64,000 bases of DNA from Candidatus Marinacidobacterales bacterium (GTDB taxonomy: Bacteria > Acidobacteriota > Vicinamibacteria > Marinacidobacterales > SMYC01), in assembly GCA_965237955.1 (NCBI GenBank), contig OZ250169.1, positions 576,001-640,000 on the forward strand. Reading direction: 5' to 3'. The position numbers were made by a program, and so were the translations under genes. The notes below the pieces were generated by a model that saw only the letters and a list, made by a program, of their open reading frames with translations, had not been told where the DNA came from and ran no database searches. Below are positions 32,323 to 43,847 of the stretch, piece by piece; position 1 is the first letter of the stretch, and each line of letters starts with the position of its first letter.

Positions 32323-32754
32323 ATGCCGCAGGATACAGGGGTTGGCCGGAACGTCGTTCTGGACGGTTTGGACTTCGCCAGCCTGCGGCGGGTCTGGGAG
32401 CAGACCTTTGGGGCTGCTCCGCCAAGCTCGCTCTCGCGTATCTTCATGCGCCGCGTTCTCTTGCACGAACGCCAGTGCCGGACCCATGGCTGGCATTCGG
32501 CCACAACCCGGCGCGCTCTGGCTGCCATGGCGAACGAGACACCAAGCTCCGGCGCTCCCGCAGAGTCCGTTTCTCCCGGCACCCATCTCGTCCGCGAGTG
32601 GAATGGCCGGACCTACCAGGTCGAGGTAATCGACAACGGCTATCGGTTCGACGGCAAAACCTATCCGTCCCTCACTACCATCGCAAAGCGAATCACCGGC
32701 ACCCACTGGTCAGGACCACGCTTTTTCGGTCTGACGCCCAAGCGCAAGGCCTAA
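32323..32754 (+). CDS. DUF2924-family protein
   Basis: PGTHLVREWNG, Y.SLTTIAKRITGTHWSGPRFFG. Confidence 0.88.
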   Translation: MPQDTGVGRNVVLDGLDFASLRRVWEQTFGAAPPSSLSRIFMRRVLLHERQCRTHGWHSATTRRALAAMANETPSSGAPAESVSPGTHLVREWNGRTYQVEVIDNGYRFDGKTYPSLTTIAKRITGTHWSGPRFFGLTPKRKA

Positions 32755-32755
32755 C

Positions 32756-34417
32756 ATGAAGAAAATCCGCTGTGCCATCTATACGCGAAAGAGCGCGGAA
32801 GAGGGTCTCGAGCAGGATTTCAACTCCCTCGATGCGCAGCGAGAAGCCTGCGCCGCGTATGTCGCGAGCCAGAAAACGGAGGGCTGGGTGCTGCTGCCAA
32901 CCGTCTACGAGGACGCGGGGATCTCGGGAGGAACCCTGGAGCGCCCGGGCCTCCAGCGCTTGCTCGCCGACATCGATGCCGGTCTCGTCGACCATATTGT
33001 GGTCTACAAGGTCGACCGGCTGACCCGTTCCCTCTCCGACTTTGCAAAGCTCGTCGAGCGGCTCGAGGCGGCCGGCGCGGTTTTCGTCTCGGTGACTCAG
33101 TCCTTCAACACCGCGACCAGCATGGGACGACTGACGCTGCATATGCTGCTGTCCTTCGCACAATTCGAACGCGAGGTCACGGCCGAGCGGATCCGCGATA
33201 AGGTCGCTGCCTCCAAGCGCAAGGGACTATGGATGGGCGGCCGCGTACCGCTAGGCTATGAGAAGGACGGGCGCACGCTGCGCATCAACGAGGCTGAGGC
33301 CGAAACGGTCCGGACGCTCTATGCGCTGTACCGAAAGCACGAAACGCTCCGGCAGGTGAAGGCCGAGGCGGACCGTCTGAGACTGCGTACCAAGCAACGC
33401 TTCGCCGCGGATGGAACCCGAACGGGCGGGCTGCCGTTCCGTCGCGGACACCTTCACTGCCTGCTGACCAATCCTCTCTACGCCGGCCGCATCCGGCACC
33501 AGAGGCGTGTCTACGAGGGCCAGCATCCATCGATCATTGCTCCGGAGCTCTGGGACGCGGTCCAGGCGCAGCTGCAGGCAGGGGCTGCCAAACCAAGGAG
33601 ACGCACGACGAAGGGCCGCGCAGCCCCCTCCCCACTGGCAGGCAAGCTCTTCGACGAGACCGGGGACCGGCTGACGCCGAGCCACACCAAAAAGAAAAAC
33701 GGGCAACGGCTCCGCTACTACGTCTCCCGGCGCCTCATCCAGCACAGTGGCCAAAAGGACCTCTCCGGCTGGCGGCTGCCCGCCCTGATGCTGGAACAGA
33801 CCGTCTTGCATCTCATCCGACAGCATGTGGATGCTACGACCTTCTCGGCCTCGTTGATCCACACTCCGACGATGCAAGAGCTCGCCTCGGTGCGTCGCTT
33901 TTTAGACGGGCTGTGTTCCGATACTAATAATGATAGTGCCTCGGCAGCCCCCCTGCTCCGTCTTATCCGGCGGGTCGACATCAGCCCCGGCTCTGTGTCC
34001 ATCCTGCTCGACCGCAATGCGTTCGCTGCTTGCCTCTCTATGGGGCCCGAGCGCATTCGCGAGGATGCACTCTGCATCCACGCACCGTTCCGCTTGCGTC
34101 GACGCGGCGTCGAGACCAAGCTCGTTCTGGGCAACCCCACGAAATCCGTCGACCGCACACTCCTGCGCAATATCAGAAACGCCCTCTCCTGGCTCGACCG
34201 AATCAAAGCAGGCAAAACCTATGAGCAGATTGCCACCGAAAACGCCATCCCAACGGACCGCGTGCGCAAGGCAATCCGTTATGCCTTCCTGGCTCCCGAC
34301 ATCGTCCGCGCCATTGTCGAAGGCCGCCAGCCCGTTGGGCTGACCTCGAGCTACCTCTTGCATCATCCGCTTCCCGACGATTGGGAGAAACAGCGAGTGC
34401 TCGTCAAAACGCTGTGA
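32756..34417 (+). CDS. Large serine recombinase (resolvase + recombinase domains)
   Basis: CAIYTRKS, SLDAQRE, ISGGTLERPGL, KVDRLTRS, FEREVTAERIRD, LTNPLYAG. Confidence 0.93.
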   Translation: MKKIRCAIYTRKSAEEGLEQDFNSLDAQREACAAYVASQKTEGWVLLPTVYEDAGISGGTLERPGLQRLLADIDAGLVDHIVVYKVDRLTRSLSDFAKLVERLEAAGAVFVSVTQSFNTATSMGRLTLHMLLSFAQFEREVTAERIRDKVAASKRKGLWMGGRVPLGYEKDGRTLRINEAEAETVRTLYALYRKHETLRQVKAEADRLRLRTKQRFAADGTRTGGLPFRRGHLHCLLTNPLYAGRIRHQRRVYEGQHPSIIAPELWDAVQAQLQAGAAKPRRRTTKGRAAPSPLAGKLFDETGDRLTPSHTKKKNGQRLRYYVSRRLIQHSGQKDLSGWRLPALMLEQTVLHLIRQHVDATTFSASLIHTPTMQELASVRRFLDGLCSDTNNDSASAAPLLRLIRRVDISPGSVSILLDRNAFAACLSMGPERIREDALCIHAPFRLRRRGVETKLVLGNPTKSVDRTLLRNIRNALSWLDRIKAGKTYEQIATENAIPTDRVRKAIRYAFLAPDIVRAIVEGRQPVGLTSSYLLHHPLPDDWEKQRVLVKTL

Positions 34418-35515
34418 GCCTGCCAGCGCCCACTCCGTGAATGGGCTCGGTTAGCAGCAAGCTGCTCTCCGACACTGGCCTCTACCAATCAGCCTCAAAC
34501 TGGCCCAAATTCCCTGTCATGGTTTCCAGACTCGGATAGCTCCTTGTACTGGACCGTCTGCGGAGTCATCTTCGTTTCCTCCGTAAAACTCCGCTGGATG
34601 AATTCGAGGTTTGGCCAATTCGAATTCCGCCATTCGCCTTCTCCTCAGGCGCGATCTAGGCGTTAAGCGTCTTCTCATTGTCTGCACGATTAAGCGCAAA
34701 AACGTCCCGATAAGCCCCAAAATCGCCCCAAATTGCACGCTAAGGGCCTGTTTTGCTCTCTTTCTGATCGTTTTCAGCCTAGAACCAGAAGCTCCAGTCG
34801 CCCCCACTCGAGCCTCCCGACTGCGATAGCCGGAAAGATGTTCCCGTCGACGAATATTCGCTGATGAGACGTAAAGCTTTTTATAACAATGAGTAACGGC
34901 CGGCGGTGGCGCCGGAGGGTTCACGACACGACCTTCTTTCAGGCGTCCAGGAAGTTGAAATTGCCGTATAGAAAAGATGATTAAAGCCAATTAAAATTCC
35001 GGCTCGAACGACCACCCGTCGATGATGCGTGCAGGGACCAGCACGTGACGGAGGCCGTTAAATCACTGTAGGGGAAGAGGATGGAACGAAATGGGCATCA
35101 TGGTTGAAACCCGAGAGGGCGTAAAACAGCCTTCTCCCAAAACCTGTGTACGCGTCAGAAAAGTCAATAAATGCGCGAAACTCGAAACCTCCTAAATCTC
35201 CACTTATTTTTCTCTTTGAGGATTTCCGCCAAAAGCTGGACCGCCTTTTGCCGAGACCGGCTAGCTCCAAACTGCACCATCCGCCACCCAGTCTGGCCAA
35301 TTGTGGCACTGCAGAGACGGGTGAGATTTTCCGCGCGGTTGGCGGGGTTTTGCAGGGGTAGGTGTCACCAGAGACGCGCTAGAAGGGCTGAACGGGCCTC
35401 ATTTTCGGTTTTCGTCTCTAATCTCGATGTTCGAGTGCCACGTTCGCGCCAAAGGGGGGAAAATACTCGAACACCCAGCGGGTCAGCAGTTTGCACCTTT
35501 CCAAAGGCCGCCTAC

Positions 35516-35600
35516 CGCCCTTGGCCCGGTCGCAAACACAGACACTACGCTGCTGATTTATGGTCTATTTCAAAAGGGCCGAGTTTTGGCACAGGACGCG
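35516..35600 (-). repeat. Terminal repeat type A, copy 14
   Basis: Reverse complement type A; the only copy whose flank is not GG. Confidence 0.93.
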
Positions 35601-35609
35601 AATGGAACC

Positions 35610-35707
35610 CCTGTGCTCCGCAAAAAATCGATCCAGCGTTGATTGCGCGTTCTACACCTTCTACGTTCGACTGCTTCTGGCTAATCTTCTTTTTTGCGGA
35701 TCACAGG
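35610..35707. mobile_element. 98-bp miniature element related to 13718-13777
   Basis: CCTGTGCTCCGCAAAAAA ... TTTTTTGCGGATCACAGG. Confidence 0.7.
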
Positions 35708-35739
35708 TTGAAATTGCCGTATAGAAAATCTGATTAAAG

Positions 35740-36019
35740 CAAGCCCAGACGTCGCTCGGCGTCCGTCAGGCGAAGCTTCTTCCCGCGAAGCCGAGCTTTG
35801 AGGACTCTGTTCTCCTCAAGCAAGTAGACCATAGCGGCCTGTTGGTCACGCTGGAGCCAACCAACGATGGCGACGACCAACAAGGTCAAGGGCTGGACCG
35901 GCGTGCTCATGACCGAGGATTCTAGCTCCCATTGGCCAACCAAGCGTAGACACGTTTATTACGAAACGTCCCGGCGCGGCGAGCCGGTCTTGAGTTCGTT
36001 TGTGTTTTTGGACACGACG
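35740..36019 (-). mobile_element. Left end and N-terminus of another rve-type element
   Basis: Terminus CGTCGTGTCCAAAAAC; GWLQRDQQAAMVYLLEENRVLK. Confidence 0.7.
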
Positions 36020-36198
36020 GGAGAGACTCTTCCCGCTGGGAGGGAGTCAGCCGGTCGTGGTTCACTGTCGCAGATCCGAATGACGACTACATCTAACTTG
36101 TGAGGATGCGCGGAAGTTCCGCGTCGACCGCGAACAGGCTGGTCCGGTGATGATAGACGTGCAGTAGCAACAGCGGGCGCGCCGGAGTATCTTCGACA

Positions 36199-38023
36199 AT
36201 GAAGTGGGCGAGGTGGTTTCTCCCGATGTTGTGCTTCGTTCCGTGTTGCGCTTCTCCTCCGGAGAATCCCTCCCTACCCGTGCTCTTCGCGCGGCAGGTC
36301 GACGAAGCAGAAAAAGACTACGACGAGACGCTTTTTCGCTCCTATCGTAAGGACGGATTACTGTCAGCACCGGTCACTTTTGGGAAGGAGACCCGTCGCT
36401 CTCTCACGCCTCCCGTCCCTTCGCGACTGACCTTCACAGTGCCGATTCCTGCTGACCCTTTGCTGAGTTTCTCCATTGGCGTTTCCACCCTCGGAGAGCA
36501 AACACTTGTCCGGCCCGTCCGCTTCACCATCTATGTGGACGAAGACATCGCCTTCAAGGAGACGGTGCGGGACCAACCGAATGTCTGGCTCCCTCGTACG
36601 GTGGACTTGTCCGAGTGGTCGGGAAGAACAGTTCGCCTCGGTTTCGAAACTGTCTTGCGCGGAACGAGCCTTAAGAACGATGGCGGCGCATTCCTTCCGG
36701 CTTGGGGGAATCCGGTGCTGGATGGATCTCCGGCGAATGAGGACGGAATGAATCTGGTGCTGATATCGGTGGATTGCCTTCGTGCCGACCATGTCAGCAC
36801 CTACGGGTACACAAGGAACACCACCGCCAATATCGATCGCTTCGGCACCGAAGGAGTTATATTCCGTAACGCCGCCAGCGTCTCCTCCTGGACGCTCCCC
36901 ACTCACATGTCCATGATGACTGGGCTGATGCCATCCCTTCACGGAGTTAGTACAAAATACAAGCTGAGCTCTTCCGTTCCCTACCTTCCCGAGATACTCG
37001 CGGACAACGGCTACCAGACGCTAGGCGTCGCTGCCGGGGACTACCTCTCGCAGGAGTGGGGCTTCGAGCGTGGCTTCGATGTTTAACCGCATGCTCATCC
37101 AGCGTCGCGCCAGCGAGATTGTCGATGCGGCACTCGAGCTGGCACGAGGGACTCGAAGCGCGAAGAAATTCTTGTTCGTACACCTGTTCGATGCTCACTG
37201 GCCGTATCTTCCGCCGCCAGGCTTCCACGATCGGTTTGACGAGCGCCCGCCGGATATCTCCGATATCCTGACCAAGGTGCGTGACAGACTGCCGTCCTCC
37301 GGGCCAGAGGAGATCCATCAACTTGTAAATCTATACGATGGGGAGATCGCGTACCTCGACCAGGAGCTGGGAAGATTCTTTGCCGGACTCAAGGAAGCAG
37401 GCATCTACCACCGGTCCTTGATCATTCTCACCGCCGACCACGGCGAATCTTTCTACGAACACAATGCATGGGAACACATGGGTTCACTTTTCGAGGAGGT
37501 CACGCACATTCCGTTGATCGTGAAATGGCCTGGGGAGTCTCCCACCGGAACCGTCGAGTCCTTGGTGAGTCAGCTCAACATCTTCCCCACCCTGCTCGAG
37601 GAAGCAGGACTCGTTCCCCCATACGACTGCGTCTCGCTCGCCCGATTCCTTGGAGAAAGTCCGGCACCTTCTAAGAACGCTCTTAGCGAGATTACCTGGG
37701 ACGCTAAAGAAGGTCAGGGAGCGGCGATGAAGATTGCTGTCAAGGATAACCGGCTCAAGTACATTCTGATGCTCGCCGGAGAGGTCGAAGACGAGCTGTT
37801 CTTCTCGGAAGTGGTGAACGAGGAACTCTACGATTTGATCGAGGACCCCGGCGAGCAGAAGAACTTGCTTCCCGAGACGACCACCGATATCGGCCCGTTG
37901 CGGCGCGATGCCCTCTTTTTACTGGAAAAGGCCCGGACCCTACAGGCCAAGCGACGGGGCCAGGAAGTCGTTCTGGATGAAGAGCTCTTGGAGCGCCTCA
38001 AGGCCCTGGGCTATATCAATTAG
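36199..38023 (+). CDS. Exported sulfatase-like protein; one frameshift near 37080
   Basis: LISVDCLRADH, SWTLPTHMSMMTG, HLFDAHWPY, YDGEI, TADHGE, LKALGY. Confidence 0.85.
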
Positions 38024-38039
38024 TCATGCGCGGTCTGCC

Positions 38040-40800
38040 GGATCTGTCCCGATTCCCGTGGAAATAAGAATGGCGTAACCTCCGGCTAAGAAAAACGGGT
38101 CTACGCGGATTCGTGTGGGTTGAAAACTGCATTTCTGGGTAATGGCGGAAGGAAAGCCGCCACGATCTTCAGCTTGAGATATTCCTCGTCGCGATAGCCG
38201 TAGGCGCGTCGTTGCAGAACACGGATTTTGTTGTTGACCCCTTCAACTATGCCGAGACTGACTTTGTTCTCCGGATGACAGTAGGAGGCGATACCATCCC
38301 AATGGGACTCAATCATACCGGCGAACTTCTGGTACGGATGCAGGCGTTGCCATTTGAGGCTGTCTTTCCAACGAGTGAAAAAGGCGCGAGGGCCGCGTTC
38401 GGTGCGGTAATCCCAGAGTTGCCCGAAGGCCTCCTTCAAAATATAGGCGGTGTTCAGGCGCCGGTTGGCCTGGAGCAACTTTTTGAGTGCGCGGCGACCG
38501 TCTAGGCTCAGGTTCTCCCGCCGGGAAAGCAAAGTGTAACGCTGCCCCTTGATGTACGACCGGTCCTTGCCGCTGAGGCGTTTGTACTCACCGCGTCGGA
38601 CCTCATCGAGGGCCTTTGACAGATGACGCATGATATGAAACTTGTCGAAGATGATCCGCGCATTAGGCGCGTTGTGAATCACCGAGTTCCGGAAGGGCTT
38701 CCACATATCCATGGCGGCCAGCTTGATACGGGCGCTTTTCTTTCCGCCCAACGCCTTGAAGAACAAATCGATGTCGGTTTCTTTGCGACCCTCACCGCCC
38801 ACCCAGATGGGACGCGCCCGCTCCAGGTCGCTGACAATGACGCGATAGTTATGTCCCTTGCGGATGGAGATCTCATCGACACCGATGGCCCGAGGCGCCG
38901 GTAGGCCCCGCCCGGTCGACCTGCTCTTGCATGTAGAGCGTATCCAGAGCCTTCACCGTACCGTGGTGCAGACGTTCCATCTCGGCCACCGCCTTGTTCG
39001 GCATATCCCGGCACAGCTTGCCCACATGCGTCGCAAAACGCTGGGTGTAGCGCGAGTTGTTCGCCAGCCAGTCTAGGTGTTCTACATGCACACCGCCGCA
39101 CCCAGAACAGTTGACGCGCCAACGCTCGTATTCCAGATAGATCCGCCAGCCTGCCAACGACAGGTCGCGGACCCGGCACACTTGCTTGTCATAGCGCCCC
39201 CGGCACCGTTGCCCACAGTAAGAGCACACAGCTGTTTTTTTCGCCTCTTGAGCTGGATGACGCGGGCGTATCGGTCACCGAATAGACCCTTCAATCCGGC
39301 ACCAACCACGAAACCTGGCAGCGCAAACAGCGAGCGGATCGACTGGGAATTTTTCACTCGGTTAGCCTATCCTAAAATATGGACCACTTTTCAGCACCTG
39401 ATGAAGTACTCGATACCTTTTCCACACAATGAGTTACACTGTTTTTCCGTCAGAACTTACCCACACGAATCCGCGTTAACCCAGAAAACCCAAACCACGC
39501 CTGTAAAGGCGAGGAGGAGGATTACGCCATGAAGAAGCCTACCACCATATCGAAGGAGTCTGTAAGCGAGTACCGGGAGTTCGTCCAACTTCGGCTGCGT
39601 AAGCGGGTACTGGAGGCGATCGAGGTCGTGCTCGAGGAAGAAGTCAACCAAGCGCTGGGGTGTGGTAGCTACGAGCGTGCGGAAGACCGCCGTGGATATC
39701 GCAACGGAGCCGAAACCCGTCGCGTGACGACGTCGGTGGGAACTCGCGAGCTCCGGGTGCCACGAGCCCGCGTGCGAGACGAGGAAACGGGAGAGACGAC
39801 AGAGTTCAGGAGCGAGCTGTTGCCCCGGTACGCGCGCCGGACTCGTGAGGTCGACGAGGCGATCTTGGGGACGTACTTGTCGGGCGCGAATAGCCGCCGG
39901 ATCCGCAAAGCGCTGAAACCACTGCTCGGTGAGGAGCACCTATCGAAGAGCGCGGTGTCTCGCGTGGTTAGCCGGCTGAAGGAGCGCTTCGAGGAATGGC
40001 AGAACCGTGCTCTCAGCGAGGAGGTCTACGCGATCGTTTACCTGGACGGCTTCCACCTGAAAGTGCGGATGGCGAAACGTGTGATCAGCGTACCCGTACT
40101 GGTCGCGCTCGGGGTCGCGCCAGACGGGCACAAACGTCTGTTGTCATTGCGTCTGGCGGTGAGCGAAGCCTCGACGCATTGGGGCTCCGTGCTGGAGGGA
40201 CTCCAGGCTCGAGGACTCCGGGCTCCCAAGCTAGTGATCAGCGACAGCCACAAGGGGCTGACGAAAGCGCTGGAGAAGTGGCCGGGGTGCCGGTTGCAGC
40301 GATGTACCGAGCACAAGCGCGCCAACTTGCTCCAACATTGCCCGGCGCACGCACGCCGTGAGCTCCGGCGTGACTACAACCGGATCGTCTACGCCAAGAA
40401 CGGGATCGATGCTCGCAAAGCCTATGACGAGCTCGTCGCCAAGTGGACGCCTCTCGCGCCGGCCGTCGTCCGAAGCCTAGAGGAGGCCGGTAATCAGCTG
40501 CTGACCTTCTATGAATTCCCTCGTGCCATGTGGAAATCGATTCGAACGACCAATGCTCTGGAGAATCTCAACCGCGAGTTTCGACGCCGGACGAAAACCC
40601 AAGCGTCGTTCTCCAGCGAGGAGTCCGCGGTCGCTTTGCTGTTTGGGCTTATCGCCTCTGGCCAGATTCAACTACGACGCATCGACGGCTACCAACGTCT
40701 GAGCGAGGTTCTCGAACACGCGGAGGTTGCCGCCTGATATGATACTCTGATGACGGAGTGGAGGGCGCCGTTCTTTTTCCACGGACCTCGGGACACATCC
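38040..40800 (+). mobile_element. IS256 copy 2 (transposase 39529-40737) with ISL3 nested in its left end
   Basis: Near-identical to 29793-31158; left end split at 38096/39483. Confidence 0.92.
38097..39482 (-). mobile_element. ISL3-family element (transposase in three frames)
   Basis: IRs GGGTCTACGCGGATTCGTGTGGG / CCCACACGAATCCGCGTTAACCC; near-TSD AGAAAAAC/AGAAAACC; MDMW, DKFH, EGVNNKI. Confidence 0.92.
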
Positions 40801-40980
40801 CTCTACTTCGTGCACTACAACTTCTGCCGGGTCCACCGGGGCCTTCGTGTGACGCCAGCGATGGAAGCCGGAATCACCAACACGGTGCACGACATGGAGT
40901 GGATCGTCAGCCTCATCGATGCGCGGGCACCGAAGCCAGGCCCACGCGGACCCTACCGGAAGCGCCAGCAGGCAGCATGA
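40801..40980 (+). pseudogene. IS1-like transposase C-terminal fragment
   Basis: LYFVHYNFCRVH..LRVTPAMEAG. Confidence 0.65.
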
Positions 40981-41047
40981 TGCGCCGAGCCACGTTCTGT
41001 CTCGTAGTGGCGACCGTAATAACTCTGCCTCTCCTGCCATTTCAGTG

Positions 41048-42746
41048 GATCCTCTCGAGGGTGAGACCGCCACAGTTTAGGTAGACGAGACTGATGAGAG
41101 CTTCGGCAGAGTGGAGTCCAAAGCTGCCGGTGGCTCAGCAGCCGGATTTTGTTGTTCATTCCTTCGAGTCGGCCGTTGCTGAGTCTCCACGTGACCCACG
41201 CGATGACGCCATCGAAGTGGCTGCGGATCATCTTCGCCGCGCGTTTGACGGGCTCTATCCTCGAGCTCATAGCGCGCCGCAGCCATCCTCGGAGAAACTT
41301 CTTGGCCCATGTCTCGGTTTTGTAGGTGTAGAGGTCCATGAAGTCGTCGCGCAGAAGCATGGCGCGGTAGAGGCGACGATTAGCTCGCACCTGCTCGCGG
41401 AGCACCCGTTTGTCTTTCGCGCTGCGGTTGTGTTTGGCCTTGAGAAGGGGAAACTTGGTGTTCTTGAGGTTGCGCCGGGCAGTCCCTTTGAGCTCGCGCA
41501 CCAGCTCGCGCCGGGTCTTATCCACGGCCTCGTTCAGATGCTTGACGATGTGGAAGCGGTCAAAGATCACCCGTGCCTGAGGAGCCTTTTTGCCGACGAC
41601 AGTTATGTACGGCTCCCACATGTCCATGCTGACCGCTTCGAGCTCCGCGGCTCTTTGTGGTCCGAGCTTGCGGAAAAACCGCAGCAGCGTCTTGGCCTTG
41701 CGCTCCTTTCCCGCCCAGACGACCCGGCCGCTGAGATGGTCTATTACCACTGTTAAGTACTTGTGGCGTTTGCGGTAGCTGATCTCGTCCATCCCAATCA
41801 CCCGCAATCCATCGAGCTCGCGCCGCTCATCCCGCTGCTCGGCAACCACTCGCTGGATGATCCGTCGCACCGAACGCCACGTCACTCGGAAATAGTTCGC
41901 TACGGCGCTGACGTCCGTCCTCTGTGCCAGCCACGCTACCTCTTGTTCGAAGCTTTTGGTAAAGCGGCTTCCCTTGTCTGCCCAAGGCACCTTTTCTCTG
42001 ACCACTCCACACCGCCGACATACCACTCGTCGGATCGAGTAGCGAAGATAGGTCCGGACTCCGAACAGGTCCAAGTGCCGCCAGTAGCGATTGTAGCGAT
42101 CTTTGTTCTTGCGGACCTTTCGTCCGCAAATCCCGCACAGAGGCTTCCTCCTCCGTGGTACTACATCCACCACCACTCTGGCTTTGTCCGCCTGGAAGTG
42201 GAAACCTCGGACCCACAGGCCTTGCAATCCGATGAGCTTGTTGACTAACGTAGTAACGCGCATCGCGGGAACGCTCTTTTCTCTTTCGGAAAAAAAGATT
42301 CTAGCGTTCTCGCCGATGCGCATCTACACATGGCTTACCCTCTCAACCCACGGGCCTCACCAAATGCCACTGCCCCTCAGCGGGAGACAAGGCTGTGGGA
42401 AACGCCCCCACGGTTCTGGTCGTTCAGACCTTGCTCACGACTGAGTTCTCTTCGAAGCCTGGAAGGGCGTTTTCCATAGCCTCCACTAATCGAGCCCCCC
42501 CTTCCTTATTCCATATGAATTAATCTTTCTTGTATATATATCAGGAGGGGCCTGTGGGCGCTCGTGGAAAACGCGAAGCGTTTTCCAAGCGATTGTGGAA
42601 AACGCCGCTCCACGTTTGTACGTGCTCACAACCTTTCCCTAAACGCCTCTCTCGCCCGGAGTTTCCGGCGTTTTCCACAATCGCGGCAGCGTCCATAGGC
42701 CATGCCCTCCAACACAAATCAGATCCCCCGAAACGACAGGAGAACC
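41048..42746 (-). mobile_element. Second ISL3-family element (transposase ~42263-41050, C-terminal frameshift) with structured leader; ends approximate
   Basis: CGIC/CRRC zinc finger, IGMDE, SMDMW, FDRFH, EGMNNKI; TGTGGAAAAC-type inverted motifs at 42390-42680. Confidence 0.8.
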
Positions 42747-43421
42747 ATAACTCTTAACCTTCTGCCCGCCTGGAACATCCACGTCGTGCCGGAGTCCTGG
42801 AGACGCGTCTTCGATTTTCGATATGACTGGAACAGAAGAACTGAGTATGAGTTGTGGAAGGAACAAAAGGATTCCATCCAAGCCGAAATCGGGCTAATAC
42901 TCAAGCAGTATTTCGGTCCAGAAGACAGCATCGTTGTTGCCGCAATCGGTGAGATCGGATACTACTCGGACCTGCACGTTTACGACAGGAATAGCCTTAT
43001 CAACCGTGATACCGTCGATCACTGCGACAAGGCACTTTCTGCTCCCGGCCACGACAAAAGCGTTGAACCTCACTGGTTTCTTCCCTTAGAACCGACAATT
43101 ATCAAGTTTGATGTGATCGATGGTCCTCCTCCGGAGCGCATAAATCCAGAGTATCCGTTACGGCGTCGCATTCGTTCAAGAGCCGAGGAGCTTCAACGAT
43201 GGGGCAGGCGGTCTGGGGTACACGTCTGGAGACGCTACGTGCCTCAGATCTTTCCAATGAGTCCATCGCCTGAAGGGAGCGAGATGACGCTGTTGGTCCT
43301 TCGATTGATTAAAGAGGAGCCTCACGTCAAGAAGCTACCACAAGCCGAGCGCATAGCCATTCGCAAGGAGCGAGCACGTAAGGAGTGGGCTAAGTTCTAC
43401 CATTCGCTTGAGAGTTGGTGA
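42747..43421 (+). pseudogene. C-terminal part of a paralogue of the 43848 membrane protein
   Basis: LLPAWNIHVVP, IGYYSDLHVYDR, PGHD, NPEYPL shared with 43848-45971; cut by ISL3. Confidence 0.8.
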
Positions 43422-43550
43422 TGCACTGGAGGCCCATTTTCTTGATTTCAAACTGCGACACTACCCAAGAACCACGAGGCCCTCCGTGTCAACATCCCTG
43501 AGACACTCCGCCTGTGCCTTCTATTTATTCATCCGCGCGCACCGAACTTG

Positions 43551-43606
43551 CTAAGCTGCTGATTTATGGTCTATTTCGAAAGATCCGAGTTTTGGCACAG
43601 GACGGG
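43551..43606 (-). repeat. Terminal repeat type A, copy 15
   Basis: CTAAGCTGCTGATTTATGGTCTATTTCGAAAGATCCGAGTTTTGGCACAGGACGGG. Confidence 0.93.
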
Positions 43607-43847
43607 ATCTCCACCGAGGCGAAGACCAGTTCGCAGGACCTCCCACTCATGGCTGTCTGCCCGTCGATACACGATCTTCTTTTTTGCGGATCACAGCCGA
43701 TCTCGTTGGATGGCCCGTTGCTGGACACCTCGGTCCTGACAGGCGAGGCAGTAGCGACGCCAAATCAGGACATTAAAAAAAGCGACCTGCTTTTTTGCCT
43801 AGCCGCCCTGTTCTGCTACTCTTCTCAATCACTCGGTAGGACTCTCA

